A program made the position numbers and the translations under genes. From Octopus vulgaris (taxonomy: Eukaryota), in the NCBI GenBank assembly GCA_951406725.2, contig OX597817.1, positions 165,354,001 to 165,418,000 on the forward strand: a stretch of DNA of 64,000 bases. The letters run 5' to 3'. Position 1 is the first letter of the stretch; every line of letters starts with the position of its first letter. Of the stretch, positions 10,488-25,120 are shown one piece after another. The notes beneath the pieces were generated by a model. The model was not told the DNA's origin and did no database searches. It saw only the letters and a list, made by a program, of their open reading frames with translations.

Positions 10488-13032
10488 AAGAATTATGCTA
10501 TTGATGAAGACTCCGTAAACATCCCACTTTTACTACGGTGTAGTGTATTGCAGTCTACATTAGACCTTCCCGCCTTCCATCTTGAAGCACGCAGTGTATG
10601 ATTCCAAGGCAATTTAGCTGCTGTGTTTAGCAGGTCCATCATGCAGAGATTCTTCTGCGTCTTGCTGTTGATCTTAGCTGACTTTGCTGGGTGGTAAAAT
10701 GGCAGAATCGTTAGAAAATTCAACAAAACATCATGCGGTATTTACTTACGACTCTATACGTTCTGAGTTCAAATCCCATGAAAATCAACTTTGACTTTCA
10801 TTCTTTCGAGGCCGATAAAATAAGGTACTGGTATCTTATTTTAATGTATTAAATCTTGGAAGGCGGCGAGCTGGCAGAATCGTTAGCACGCCGAGCGAAA
10901 TGCTTACCCGTATTTCGTCTGCCGGTATTTCGTTCTGAGTTCAAATTCCGCTGAGGTTGACTTTGCTTTCCACTCTTTTCGGGGCTCGATTAAATAAGTA
11001 CCAATTACATAAAGGTGTCGATGTAATCAATTTAATCCCAATGTCTGTCCTTGTTTGTCCCCTGTATGTTTAACCCCCTGTGGGAAGTAAAGAGATAACT
11101 ATATTAAATACTGAGTCGATTTAATCGATTTACATCCACCCATCAAAATTGCTGCTTTGGGGCTTAAATTAGAAACAGTATTTAGATTTGTTGATTGGCT
11201 GAATCGGTAGAAAGTCGGACAAAATGTCTTGCAGTCTTTATCTGCGTCTCTTTACATTCTGAGTTCAAATCTCGTGAAGATCAACGTTACCTCCTAACCT
11301 TTCCAAGGTCGATAAAATGAAATACCAGTAATGCACTGGTGCTTTATTTTGGTATTTTAAATGAGTCGGTTGTTGTAATCTACCCTAACCCCACGCTCAT
11401 TGCGGTATTCAGTTAAAGCTCTTTAGTTTTTGAGTTCAAATCCCGTGAAAAACCAAGGATACCTTTCACCCCACTAAAGTCGATAAAACGATATACCAGT
11501 TAAATACTGCTACTATATTTTAGCATTTTAAAAACTGGAGTCCATGGAATTTTCCATCCATCTTCTTGCAAAACTTAATTTAAACTCTTTATGTTTCGAC
11601 TTCAAATTCTGTGAAGATCAACGTTGAATTTCGAACTTACCAGTTAAATACTGGTGTTTTATTTAAATATCTGAAATAACTGGGTTGATGTAATCAATTC
11701 ATAATCTTACAGTACATAATTAAGTTCGTTCTTCAAATCTCGAGGAACCTGTAAAATACCGGATCCATACGATTGTCTGCAATTCCTCATTAGCACATTC
11801 TCATCGCCACCAAAATGTATACACCTGTGTCTATGCTAAAAATTAGTATTGATCATCTATGTGTCCTAGGCAGTAATATACTCACTTCAAAATCACTCAT
11901 AATCATATATATTGTGTTGCGTCGATGCAAAGATAGTGAATTTTTAAACGTTTATCTTTCAACGGTGAAGTCCTCCAGTTCACCGTTAAATAAATATAAA
12001 ACTATGTAGTGTGTGTATATGTGTGTCTGTGTGTGTGTGTGTGTGTGTGTATTTTCTTTCTTTAAAAAAATTCTGTATCATACAACCTGTCATTGTTACC
12101 TACCGTTTGAAGCACACGTTTGTGAGGTCTTCATTTAGACTTAAGCAACGATAAATGCAAGCGCAACGTGGTGGCTCTCGTGGTTCTTTTAATTCCACAC
12201 CAGCGCTAAACACGAAATTAATCAGTTTTACAATTCAGGCGATAATGATAATTATTGTAACAACAACAGCAAAGCAACAACAACAACAACAATAATAAAG
12301 ATAATGAAAATGATATTCTTGTTAGATATAATAATATATAGGTTATTAAAAGGCTCGCGGTGTTAGATATCGTCGAGATTGTATAATCCATAATCGATAG
12401 AAGAATTTAGGTTGGTTGGTGATAAAACCTCCTAAACAAGATTCTTGTTGGACGTTATACAAGAAATTCAATGATTTATTGATAAAAGTGTTGTAGTTGT
12501 GTGGACTTATTGAAGCTGACCGCCTCAATCTAATCTAGAGGATGCAATCTCTACAGATTTAACAAACAAACAAAGATAGATTCACACAAATACAACTTCT
12601 CAAAAAGATAGGGATAACAAGAGAGGTTAAAACTTTAAAATAAGGTATCGATAAAGCTTTGGCTATCTAAATTTTGTATCAGTACTCTTTTGTTTTGAAA
12701 AGGATTTATCTAATACGAAATATAACGATATGGTATCTATGTTATTTCAGTTAGAATATATATATATATATGATAGATTAAACAATTAAAAGTATTTATT
12801 GTAAAGTGAATATTTGAAAGGACGAGCTGATGGATGTTTCCTTTAGAGATGATGTTGACCAGGGTTACATGATTACTATCGATGTTTCGTTTATTGGATT
12901 AAGAGGATTACTCGCAGACTTCTTGGTGTTTAACGCGATAAATGCTTATGTCCGTTGAAACTAGAGGTAACATATCTTGAATATGATTTATATAGTTTGA
13001 ACAACGATTAGCCAAGACACATACACACACAC

Positions 13033-13069
<37 letters not shown>

Positions 13070-13280
13070 AACAACGTACACATAGATATATATACTCACG
13101 TAAAATGTACCCGCACACACACATGCGCATGCGCATGCATTAATATTGTCCAGTGTGTTCTTTGTAGTATCTCCTATTTGTACTATTGTTGTCTTTAACG
13201 AGCATGATGAAGATGATGATACTGATGGTGGTGAAGAGGATGGTGATGGTTGATGATAATGATGATGATGACAAACACAA

Positions 13281-13337
<57 letters not shown>

Positions 13338-13554
13338 GACACAAATACAGGCACAAATATGCAAACAATTTTTTATTCGAAGTTGATTGTTGATTGTCTC
13401 GCTACTCTGAGTTTCTCATGTGTAAGAGAAACTAGATCGGACAAAGGAGCGTATCATCAGACACATACCAAAATAAAATGAAGTACTTTGCCTTGGAACA
13501 AAACATAAAGCCCCGTCCTTACGATCATGGCTACGACACTAGGCCACATACAAA

Positions 13555-13639
<85 letters not shown>

Positions 13640-13880
13640 CATACATACATATAAGGATGAAAGGCAAAGGATGGAATTTGAACTCAGAACGTAAAGACAG
13701 ACGAAATGCAGCTAAATATTTCGCCTAGTATATATGATGGTTTTCATTCAATTTTCGTCCACCAAATCCACTTATAAGTTTTTGGTCGGCCCGAAGCTAG
13801 AGTACAAGACACTATGCCAAGGTGTCACCCTGCGATTATATATATATATATCCCAAGGTGCAACCCATACGATTATATAT

Positions 13881-14022
<142 letters not shown>

Positions 14023-14178
14023 GCATGCGACGGGCTTCTTTCAGTTTCTGCCTACCAAATGCACTTATAAATCTTTGCCCGGCCCGAGGCTATAGTAGAA
14101 GACACATGCCCAAGGTGCCACGCAGTGGGAATGAATTCGGAACTATGTGATTGGGAAACAAGCTTCTTACCACACAGC

Positions 14179-14223
<45 letters not shown>

Positions 14224-14246
14224 ATATACATACATACATACATACA

Positions 14247-14343
<97 letters not shown>

Positions 14344-14483
14344 ATAATAATTTTAATGGGTTATAATTGCATACGCGAATTATAATTATCAGTCATGTGA
14401 ATATTGTCTTGGTGTATTTCGTTTTAATGGGATTTAATGACTTCTCACCACTCTTCTATATCTTAGACTTGTTTGCTTGTTTG

Positions 14484-14531
<48 letters not shown>

Positions 14532-14691
14532 TTTCTAACCTTCTTATGAAGGTCAATTGTACATCGCACGTTAGCAGATGTACGATGGATAGATTTTCAC
14601 ATACAATTTTTAACGTACATACATTACTTTCATTCATATAGACATTCAAACGTTCATATATATTATATGTACGTATATATATATATGCATA

Positions 14692-16042
14692 TCAGGTCAT
14701 CCCATAAGTTCTGTCCGGTTTTACCTTTTTTAAAATTGAATGAAATTTAATAGTATTTTAGAATGTCTAATGGAATTTAAAATTTTTTTTATGCATTTGT
14801 GTTCATTTAAACTAATTAAATGTTATTCTACAGAATAATAGAATTAAAAATTCTTTTTATGCATTTGTGTTCATTTAAACTAATTAAATGTTATTCTACA
14901 GAATAATAGAATTAAAATTTCTTTGATTAAAACCCTTCTTAACATGGAAATATCCAAAAAGCATTTGAAGCATATAATGCCTTATGAGTACAAAAAACGA
15001 AACTGTAGTCGAAGCGACTCGAAACATACACTCAGTTTATGGGAAAGAATGCTTGAATGAAAGAACTTGCAGATGATGATTTGCAAAATTCAGAAGTAGA
15101 GATTTCAGCTTTGAAGATGAAGATCGAACAAGACGTCCAGTTGAGTTTAATGATAAGATCCTTGAGGCATTACTTGAACAAAATACCTGCATTATCAGTT
15201 GAAGAATTGGCAATAAAGCTTAGTTCAAACCATACAACTATTCATTGTCAACTTCAGCAACTTAGAAAGGTTCCTAAACTTGGAAAATGGGTGCCTCATG
15301 AATTGTCCGAAATCAACCGCAAATCCTGAGTTGAGATCTGCTCTTCTCGTCATTCTCGCGAACTCATTTCATCGTTTTTGGATAGACGTGTGACTGGAGA
15401 CGAAAAATGGATCTTCTATCGAAATGTTAAACATTGTAAACAGTGGCTTGGTAGAAGGGAAAAAGCTCAACCACAACAAAAAAGGGAACTTCATGGGAAA
15501 AAGGTTCTTCGCTCTATCTGATGGGATTGCAAAGGGGTAATTCACTTTGAATTGTTACCACCTAATGCAACAATCAATGCTCAAGTCTACTGTCAGCAAT
15601 GAGAGCATTTGAACCAAACTTTAAAGCAAAAAAGACCTGCTTTAGTGAATCGAAAAGGAGTGATCTTTCATCAGGACAATACGCGACCCCACACTGCAAA
15701 GATCACATCAAAGAAGATCGAATAGCTTTGCTGGGAAAAAATTCCTCATTCACCTTATTCTCCCGACATTGCCCCTTCAGACCACCTTTTGTTTCGTAGT
15801 TTACAAAATCATATGGGAGTCATAACTCTCGCAAGCCAGGAGGAAGTCGAAACTGATATTTCAGAGTTCTTCGCTTTGAAACCAAAAGATTTTTACATTT
15901 ATGGGATTAAAAAGCTTGTGAATAGATGGAAGTCATAGATAATCAGGGAAAGTACATTGATGATTAAATTTCAATTAAATATAACTTTAAATCACTTGTT
16001 TTCTTTCTTCAAAATTCGGACAGAACTTATGGGATGACCTGA
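14692..16042 (+). mobile_element. Full-length mariner (DD34D-type) DNA transposon, decayed
   Basis: Perfect 26-bp TIRs TCAGGTCATCCCATAAGTTCTGTCCG (14692-14717 and 16017-16042), with TA on both sides. Confidence 0.95.
14944..15967 (+). pseudogene. Mariner transposase pseudogene
   Basis: Motifs WVPHEL, TGDEKW, HQDNTRPH and YSPDIAPSD, with frameshifts and stops. Confidence 0.92.
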
Positions 16043-16098
16043 TATATTATAATATATATGAATGTTTGAATGTGTGTATGAATGAAATATATACATAA

Positions 16099-16218
<120 letters not shown>

Positions 16219-16261
16219 GATAAATCTCAGAGCGAGTTATAAACAGTAGCAGTAACACATC

Positions 16262-16441
16262 GTGACGTATATTTGCCATTTGAATATGGCTAACCCCTAA
16301 GGGTGGATGCTACTGTAGTTTGTAGCCCCAGGAAGACACCAAGTGTGTCTATAGCCAGCTGGATGAGGTGTCTTCCTGGGGCTACAAACTACAGTAGCAT
16401 CCACCCTTAGGGGTTAGCCATATTCAAATGACAAATATTCG

Positions 16442-16445
<4 letters not shown>
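16262..16445. repeat. 79-bp inverted repeat (2 mismatches, 26-nt spacer) inside (TA)n
   Basis: Arms at 16262-16340 and 16367-16445. Confidence 0.9.
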
Positions 16446-16497
<52 letters not shown>

Positions 16498-16913
16498 TAT
16501 ACATATATATACACATACATTGATAAATTCGTTATTTATCTTAATTCTTATTTTTAACAAATTAGTCAACAATGTATTCTCCTTCCTAGTTCGCTACTTA
16601 TTGCCAACGGTAGAAATCTCTGGGTTATGACTCGAAGAATTCATCGAGTCATGTCTTTAGCTCTACGCGTTCTTAAACAAAATGCCTCGGGTACTGCTGG
16701 AAAGCGATCGAAAAAGTTAATAATCTGAAGGCTCTATATCAAGAGAATACTGTGGATACAGTAGAACTTCCCAACTGATCTCTTCTAGTCAAATAAGCGA
16801 TATGGGGACGAGTGGTGCGATGTCTTATTGTAGCATGTCGTGTGGCTGATCGGATCATTTTGACCTTACCTATCGAATGGTGATGACGGTTAACGGTATT
16901 ATGAGAGCATATA

Positions 16914-17146
16914 GGGCAGCGAGCTGGCAGAATCGCTAGCACGCCGGGCGAAATGCGTAGCCGTATTTCGTCTGCCGTTACGTTCTGAGTTCAAATTCCG
17001 CCGAGGTCAACTTTGCCTTTTTATCCTTTCGGGGTCGATTAAATACGTACCAGTTACGCACTGGGGTCGATATAATCGACTTAATCCGTTTGTCTCTCCT
17101 TGTTTGTCCTCTCTGTGTTTAGCCCCTTCAGGGTAGTAAAGAAATA
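16914..17146 (+). mobile_element. Full-length SINE family A with target-site duplication
   Basis: Flanked by GGTATTATGAG(A/G)GCAT at 16895-16910 and from 17147. Confidence 0.9.
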
Positions 17147-17569
17147 GGTATTATGAGGGCATGCCATTTGCTGGATCAATTTCTTAATGGCTTGGGGTGG
17201 ATACTCGTGGATGAGTTTGTTCAATCAAACTTCATTGTACTGAAAACATCGACCGGCAGTTGGAGAGTCTGCGTGATCGAATTTACATAACCGGCTTACA
17301 GCGTATAAACTACTTCTGTGCAGTCCTTTCAGTAATAACACAGTACAAATTCCTACCTCGAGTGACTTTTGGAATCTTGATTGAAAGCAAAGAAAAGCAG
17401 GTGTCGAAAATGCTAATTTTATTCTACCTGGCACTCCCCCACCATACGCCTGAAATAAATGTAATTTCAAGGAAGATCGAACAAAGGAAACTGTTTATGT
17501 GATCAACATCCGGTCTGTAATATGGTGGACTGGATGTGAACCAAAATTTTGCAATATTTTAATAAATTC

Positions 17570-18280
17570 TACATCGAACCCAGTACGCAAATAGTACTTA
17601 ATTTATCGACCCCGAAATGATGAAAGGCAAAGTCGACCTCGGCGGAATTTGATCTCGGAACGTAAAGACAGAGGAAATACCTATTTCTTTACTACCCACA
17701 AGGGGCTAAACACAGAGGGGTCAAACAAGAACAGACAAACGGATTATGTCGATTATATCGACCCCAGTGCGTAACTGGTACTTAATTTATCGACCCCGAA
17801 AAGATGAAAGGCAAAGTCGACCTCGGCGGAATTTGATCTCGGAACGTAAAGACAGACGAAATACCTATTTCTTTACTACCCACAAGGGGCTAAACACAGA
17901 GGGGACAAACAAGGACAGACAAACGGATTATGTCGATTATATCGACCCCAGTGCGTAACTGGTACTTAATTTATCGACCCCGAAATGATGAAAGGCAAAG
18001 TGGACCTCGGCGGAATTTGAACTCAGAACGTAACGGCAGACGAAATACCTATTTCTTTACTACCCAGAAGGGGCTAAACACAGAGGAGACAAACAAGGAC
18101 AGACAGACGGATTAAGTCGATTATATCGACCCCAGTGCGTAACTGTTACTTAACTTATCGACCCCGAAATGATGAAAGTCAAAGTGGACCTCGGCGGAAT
18201 TTGAACTCAACGTCACAGCAGACGAAAAACCGCTTAGCATTTCACCCGGCGTGCTAACGTTTCTACCAGCTCGCGGCCTT
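17570..18280 (-). mobile_element. Tandem multimer of SINE family A
   Basis: One head at ~18280 and ~183-bp bodies joined at GAAATACC|TATTTCTTT. Confidence 0.88.
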
Positions 18281-18326
18281 CGAGAAGAATAAATATTAAT
18301 AGAGTTTGTTACTAGTAACAGATCGT

Positions 18327-18575
18327 GGAGGCGCGCGGCTTAGTGGTTATGGTGATAGACACATGAACGTAAGATTGTGGTTTCGATTTCTGGACTAGGC
18401 GACGCGTTGCGTTCTTGCGGAAAACACTTCATTTCCCGTTGCTCCAGTCCACTCAACCGGCAAAAATAAATGAGTAATCCTGAGACAGACCGGTGTCCCG
18501 TCCAGTTGGGGAATATATACGTCATGAAAACGGGAAACTACCCCTTATGACTCAGTATAACTCGAGAAGGTAACT
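18327..18575 (+). mobile_element. SINE family C
   Basis: tRNA-like head GGAGGCGCGCGGCTTAGTGGTTA...GGTTTCGATT; body similar to the copies at 9153 and 60759. Confidence 0.75.
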
Positions 18576-18599
18576 TTACCTATCTATTTTTAAGTAATA

Positions 18600-19330
18600 G
18601 ATCCAGATCAAGGCCGACACGCGTATCACCCAGGAAAGCTGAGCATGCGAGTGGCTACGTGGATCAATGTAAGAGAGGAGAGGTATTAGGCTGGCCACGA
18701 AGTTAAAGGTATAACGAGCAGTTGTACTGACTACTGTACTGTACACCTGTGAGACATGGACGGTGTATGAATGACACATCAAAAACATAGATCCCTTCTA
18801 CATGAACTGAATGAGAAACTACTGAGAATCACCTGGCAAGACAAGGTCCCAGACACGGAGGCCTTCCTCGAGCTGATCAGTCAAGCTGAAGAGAGCCTAA
18901 GTCAGATAATCAGGCCACCATGTTCGAATGCCCAAGAAACTGCTGTACGGGGAACAGGTGGAAGGCAAGTACAAGCAAGATAAACAGAAAAAGCGCTTCA
19001 AGGATATACTCAAAGTCTCATTGAAAAGCTTCCATGCCAACCCCAACACCTGGGGGGAAAAAGCGCAGTACTACCCTGTCTGGCGAAGCTGTACCAGCAG
19101 AGGTACCACGTCCTACAAATAGAATAGGAACGCACAGGCACAAAGAAAATGTGAACTGCTACAAGTCCTAGAGCCAACTCCTTGCCTTCAGTCCCGGCAG
19201 ACCACCAGTTCCGACCTGTAGCAGAGCCTTTCGAGTACGCATCGAGCTGATCGGTCACTGCCAGACACACTATGCCATATCTTCTCCCATATGATGTCTT
19301 TGGTCGTTGTCGATAGCAACGGACGAAGGG
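18600..19330 (+). mobile_element. RTE-clade LINE 3' fragment (decayed)
   Basis: Translates to RGIRLATKLKV..., LYTCETWT, LLRITWQDKVPDTE, MPKKLLYGE and QKKRFKD. Confidence 0.85.
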
Positions 19331-19331
19331 C

Positions 19332-19396
<65 letters not shown>

Positions 19397-19399
<3 letters not shown>

Positions 19400-19592
19400 G
19401 GGTTCACGAAAAAAAAAACAAAAGACGAAGACAGGTGGTGTACAAAACAAACAGATGTATTAGTATAACGCTCAGGAATAGAAAAAGTCTTTTACGTTTC
19501 GGGCCTATACTCTTCTACAGAAAGGGACACAGAAAAAGACAAGGAGAGAAACAAGGAGACAAAAAAATGTATGTAGTGGCTACCGATCTATC
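19397..19592 (-). mobile_element. Short (TA)-associated repeat, Penelope pLTR-like; other copies at 20735-20912, 37670-37835, 42636-42800 and 58416-58603
   Basis: Five related copies, most in (TA)n, carry a degenerate HHR-like motif CTGT(A/G)GAAGAGCGTAGGCTCGAAACGT. Confidence 0.6.
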
Positions 19593-20103
19593 ATATATAT
19601 ATATATATATATGTGTGTGTATGTGTTTGTGTTGTGTTGTGTGTGTATATGCGTGTTGTGCGTGTTGTTGTTTTTTTGGGGGGGAGGGGGCATGTGTGTG
19701 TATATTCATTATTTGCGCTGTGTACAGTGAGATCTGAAACAATGATTTGCAGATTCAAACGGGTATTTGTGTTTGAACCTGTCGGAACACATTGAAAATA
19801 AATACGCAAATCATCGTTTCAGATCTCGTTGTACATATTGCAAATAACGTTGTTTTTTTCCCTGTCGATTGGTAGATATAAGCACAAATCAGAAACCAGT
19901 TTATTTGCTGAAATAATAAACAAAGCCAGGGTCTTATTGAGGCCTAAAGGTCCTGGTACTTCTGGATGAGAAGAAACAACATATCGAAATACCAGTGTCC
20001 TAGAGTTCCTCCTGGGACGTACACAACAGCAACTAACACATTTGCGTTGCATCTCACGGAATGAATTAAGAATAAATATCAAATCATTGTGTTTATATAT
20101 ATA

Positions 20104-20544
20104 TCTACTACATATGTGGAAAATCGGTGTGTGTTTGTTTGTGGCGTTGTTATCTAACTCCTCCTACATTATTTTATTGATTTTGATGAAACTTGACACA
20201 TGAGTAGAACTCATGTCTGGAAACCTCGTGACATACTTAGATTGTTGAAAAACTCGATAATACGGTCCCTGGAAGGGACCTTTATAACTCCTATAGGTAA
20301 TTTTTTAAACACCCAAGGGAAATAACCAACACCGCCTGTACAATATTTTTTTTCTAAACACTCAAGGGAAATAACCCATTTTATTGTTTATGTTCGATCA
20401 CAATTGTTTGGATAGTTCCAATTAAATAAGTCCAGAAGTTAGGTTAAATATATATACATACATAAGTAACACGGATTCCCATTCTACAAACTGACAAATA
20501 ATTCCGTGAATACTTTACCGAACAACGCTGCGTAGTAAGTCTAG
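20104..20544 (+). mobile_element. Probable non-autonomous Helitron
   Basis: 5' end A|TCTACTA; internal ATTTTGATGAAACTTG; 3' degenerate hairpin CCGAACAACGCTGCG followed by CTAG. The next base is C rather than the expected T. Confidence 0.55.
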
Positions 20545-21225
20545 CATTCATATATATATCACCTACACATACATACACGCACACGTCCAGACCACCAGCC
20601 CTCTTTCACACGCACATACATACTCTCTTATACACACACGCACCTTCGTGTTGGGGGTCATGTTTACTTTGTTATCTCCCCTAATTCTTCCCCCTCGTGT
20701 GTGACCCTTCTGTCCGAAGTCAGTCGCCATGATCGATCGTTAGCCACTACACACATTTTTTTCTCTCTTTGTTTTTTCTGTGTCCCTTTCTGTAGAAGAG
20801 CGTAGACTCGAAACGTAAAAGACTTTTTCTATTACTGAGCGTTATACTAATACATCTGTTTGTTTTATACACCACCTGCCTTCGTCTTTTGTTTTTTTCG
20901 TAAACTCTCCCTAGATATATATGTATGTATGTAGTATGTATGTATGTATGTATGTATGTATGTATGTATGTATGTATGTATGTATGTATGTATGTATGTA
21001 TTTGCACATAGACAAATATAAACAAATACATACATACGTACACACAAGCATGCATACATACATTAAGTGGAAATCAATTATCAAAAGTAAGAGCAAAAAA
21101 ATAATAATGGCTTATTCCACAGCTCCAGCCCCCGTTGTGAATTTGGACCCTAGTGGCTTACAGCTTACCTATTAGTTTAGATCAACAGTGGCCTAAACCC
21201 TTCCTATTCTGTACCTACCTACCTA

Positions 21226-21831
21226 CCTACATACATACATACACACATACATAAATACATACATACATACATACATACATACATACATACATACATACAT
21301 ACATACATACATACATACATACATACATACATACATACATACATACATACATACATACATACATACATACATACATACATACATACATACATACATACAT
21401 ACATACATACATACATACATACATACATACATACATACATACATACATACATACATACATACATACATACATACATACATACATACATACATACATACAT
21501 ACATACATACATACATACATACATACATACATACATACATAAATACATAAATACATACATACATACATACATACATACATACATACATACATAAATACAT
21601 AAATACATACATACATAAATACATACATACATAAATACATACATATATACATACATACATACATACATAAATACATACATACATACATACATAAATACAT
21701 ACATACATACATACATACATACATACATACATAAATACATACATATATACATACATACATACATATATACATACATACATACATACATACATACATACAT
21801 ACATACATACATACATACATACATACATACA

Positions 21832-21865
<34 letters not shown>

Positions 21866-23375
21866 CATACATACATACATACATACATACATACATACAT
21901 ACATACATACATACATACATACATACATACATACATACATACATACATACATACATACATACATACATACATACATAAATACATACATACATACATACAT
22001 GCATGCATACATACATACATACATACATACATACATACATACATGCATATACATACATACATTTATACATACATACATATACATACGTACATGCTTATGC
22101 ATACACACATACATACATATATACATACATACATAAATACATACATACATACATACATACATACATACATACATACATACATACATACATACATACATAC
22201 ATACATACACACATACATAAATACATACATACATACATAAATACATACATACATACATACATACATACATACATACATACATACATACATACATACATAC
22301 ATACATACATACATACATACATACATACATACATACATACATACATACATACATACATACATACATACATAAATACATACATACATACATACATACATAC
22401 ATACATACATACATACATACATACATACATACATACATACATACATACATACATACATACATACATACATACATACATACATACATACATACATACATAC
22501 ATACATACATACATACATACATAAATACATACATACATACATACATACATACATACATACATACATACATACATACATACATACATACATACATACATAC
22601 ATACATACATACATACATACATACATACATACATACATACATACATACATAAATACATACATACATACATACATACATACATACATAAATACATACATAC
22701 ATACATACATAAATACATACATACATACATACATACATACATACATACATACATACATACATACATACATACATACATACATACATACATACATACATAC
22801 ATACATACATACATACATACATACACACATACATAAATACATACATACATACATACATACATACATACATACATACATACATACATACATACATACATAC
22901 ATACATACATACATACATACATACATACATACATACATACATACATTCATACATACATACATACATACATACATACATACATACATACATAAATACATAC
23001 ATACATACATACATACATACATACATACATACATACATACATACATACATACATACATACATACATACATACATACATACATACATACATACATACATAC
23101 ATACATACATACATACATACATACATACATACATACATACATACATACATACATACATACATACATACATACATACATACATACATACATAAATACATAC
23201 ATACATACATACATACATACATACATACATACATACATACATACATACATACATAAATACATACATACATACATACATACATACATACATACATACATAC
23301 ATACATACATACATAAATACATACATACATTCATACATACATACATACATTCATACATACATACATACGTACATA
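21226..23375. repeat. ~2.15 kb (CATA)n tetranucleotide array
   Basis: Seen directly; source of the MYVC-repeat ORFs. Confidence 0.98.
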
Positions 23376-23654
23376 AATATTATTCATCCTTTTATGGAAC
23401 ACATTTATCACAATTCGATCTGCTACTGTTTTGTCGTCCTTTGATCAAGATCAAAAGCGAATTCTAACACTATCGGCCCTATTTCGACTAAACTTCAATC
23501 CCTCTCAACTCTACAGGACATTGCCTTTTTTATCGGTATTCTGTAAATACTTCGCTGGCCATTGTCCTATCGAACTTTTTTTTTTTACTTCTACCACCTC
23601 TTAAGGTTAGTAACCGAGTAATTCGTCTATCTGTTAAGCGTCGTCGTGTTGCTG

Positions 23655-24213
23655 TCTTCTTCTTCTTCTTCTTCTTCTTCTTCTCCTTCTTCTTCTTCTT
23701 CTTCTTCTTCTTCTTCTTCTTCTTCTTCTTCTTCTCTCAATCAGGACTCACGCCATTAGCCCCAAACAATGATCTCTAATTCGAGCCTACTCTAAACTAC
23801 TAAGAATGCGTGTGGAAACTTGAAGATCCACCCACCACACGCGATAGACCGGCGGTTGCACGGGCGCGAAAGCGACGCTGTTATTCTCATTCCGTAAACG
23901 GTGGCTTTTAACGGGTGGTGAGCTGAACCATCCTGGGGTACGGAGGATTCGCAATCTAGACTAGGGTCTGAAATTTTTACCAAACCATAATGGGTTACAC
24001 CATGGCTCCTCTGCTTTGTGGCAGAAGTAGGAAGACAGAGTGAGAGAAAATTGTGGTGAAAGAGTACAGCGGGGTTCACCGCCCCTCCTCGCCGGTGCCT
24101 CGTGGAGCTGAGGTGTTTTTGCTCAATAAACACTCACAATGCCCGGTCTGGGAATAGAAACCGCGTTCTTACGACCGCGAGTCTGCTACCCTAACCACTG
24201 GGCCATTGCGCCT
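23655..24213 (-). mobile_element. SINE with family C head, long distinct body and (GAA)n tail
   Basis: Head GAGGCGCAATGGCCCAGTGGTTAGGG at ~24213 (minus); (TTC)n on the plus strand at 23655-23735. Confidence 0.7.
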
Positions 24214-24659
24214 CTCTCGTGTTGCTGGTGTCTGCTCTAGTAAGAATTTTCCGCTCAGGTAGTTTCTTTCCATGAACTTCTGTGTTTTTTTAGTTCTTTT
24301 GTATTTTACTTTGATTCTGTCATTAGATTGTGGTCATGCTGCAGTACCGCCTTGAAGAATTTTACTCGAACGAACGTGAACACACCAACACCAGTTGTCA
24401 AGCGATGTTGTGTCACAAACACACGCGCGCGCGCACATGTATGTTTAGGCCAGCTTCTTTCAGTTTCCTTCTACCAAATCTACTGACAAGGCTTTGGTCG
24501 GCCCAGAGTTACAGTAGAAGACACTTGCCCAAAGTGCCACGCAGTGGGACTGAACCCAGAACCATGTGGTTGGGAAGTAAACTTCTTTCCACACAACCAT
24601 GCCTGTGACTCTATCTTGTACAAGAAATCGCTTGCTTCTGTTTGATTTCCATATATATA

Positions 24660-25120
24660 TATGGTTGGCATCCTTTTTGTCTCGGGAGACAATGGAGTTG
24701 CGCATAAAATAGTCTAGTCCGGCTTTTACATTTCATGTCCTGATACATTTCCTGCTGTGGCTGTGTAGTCCTATCCTGGACAAACACTCCCTCTGGCAGG
24801 TGCCGCAAATGTAGCGAAGACTGTTCCTGGCTGGTTGTAATGTCATAGTTTCTTGTTGACGTCTTTTCTTGTCTTTTCATTTCTCCTCTCTCTCTCTCTG
24901 TCACTCATTTGTATCCCCTCTTTTACGGTACGTCGCCAATCTCCACGGTTGCTGGCAACTGCTTCCCAATTGCTAATATTGATGTTGCAGGCCTTCATGT
25001 TCCTTTTGCAAACATCCTTGTATCGTAAGAACGGTCTTTCCACAGACCTAGTACCCCTAGCAAGCTCTCCGTTGAGTATGTCCTTGGGGATTCTGCCATC
25101 TTGCCTCCGGCAAATCCTTC
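24660..25120 (-). mobile_element. RTE-clade LINE 3' end inserted in (TA)n
   Basis: DGRIPKDILNGELARG...RYKDVCKRNMK...NWEAVASNRGDWR, then a CxxC...HxxxC motif. Confidence 0.88.

Noticed and set aside
12340-13020. Possible Penelope coding remnant
   Set aside because: No RT or GIY-YIG motif could be read in any frame.
13395-13465. CTGATGA...GAAACTCAGAGTA on the minus strand
   Set aside because: No stem II or stem I can be formed; probably chance.
16590-17560. Complex sequence around the SINE as a possible exon
   Set aside because: No sustained ORF or recognisable motif after removing the SINE; probably an old decayed repeat.
19819-20082. 87-aa ORF in non-repetitive sequence
   Set aside because: No recognisable domain, non-ATG start and no splice evidence.
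21219-23358. Long ORFs up to 707 aa (MYVC repeats)
   Set aside because: Stop-free translations of (TATG)n; not genes.
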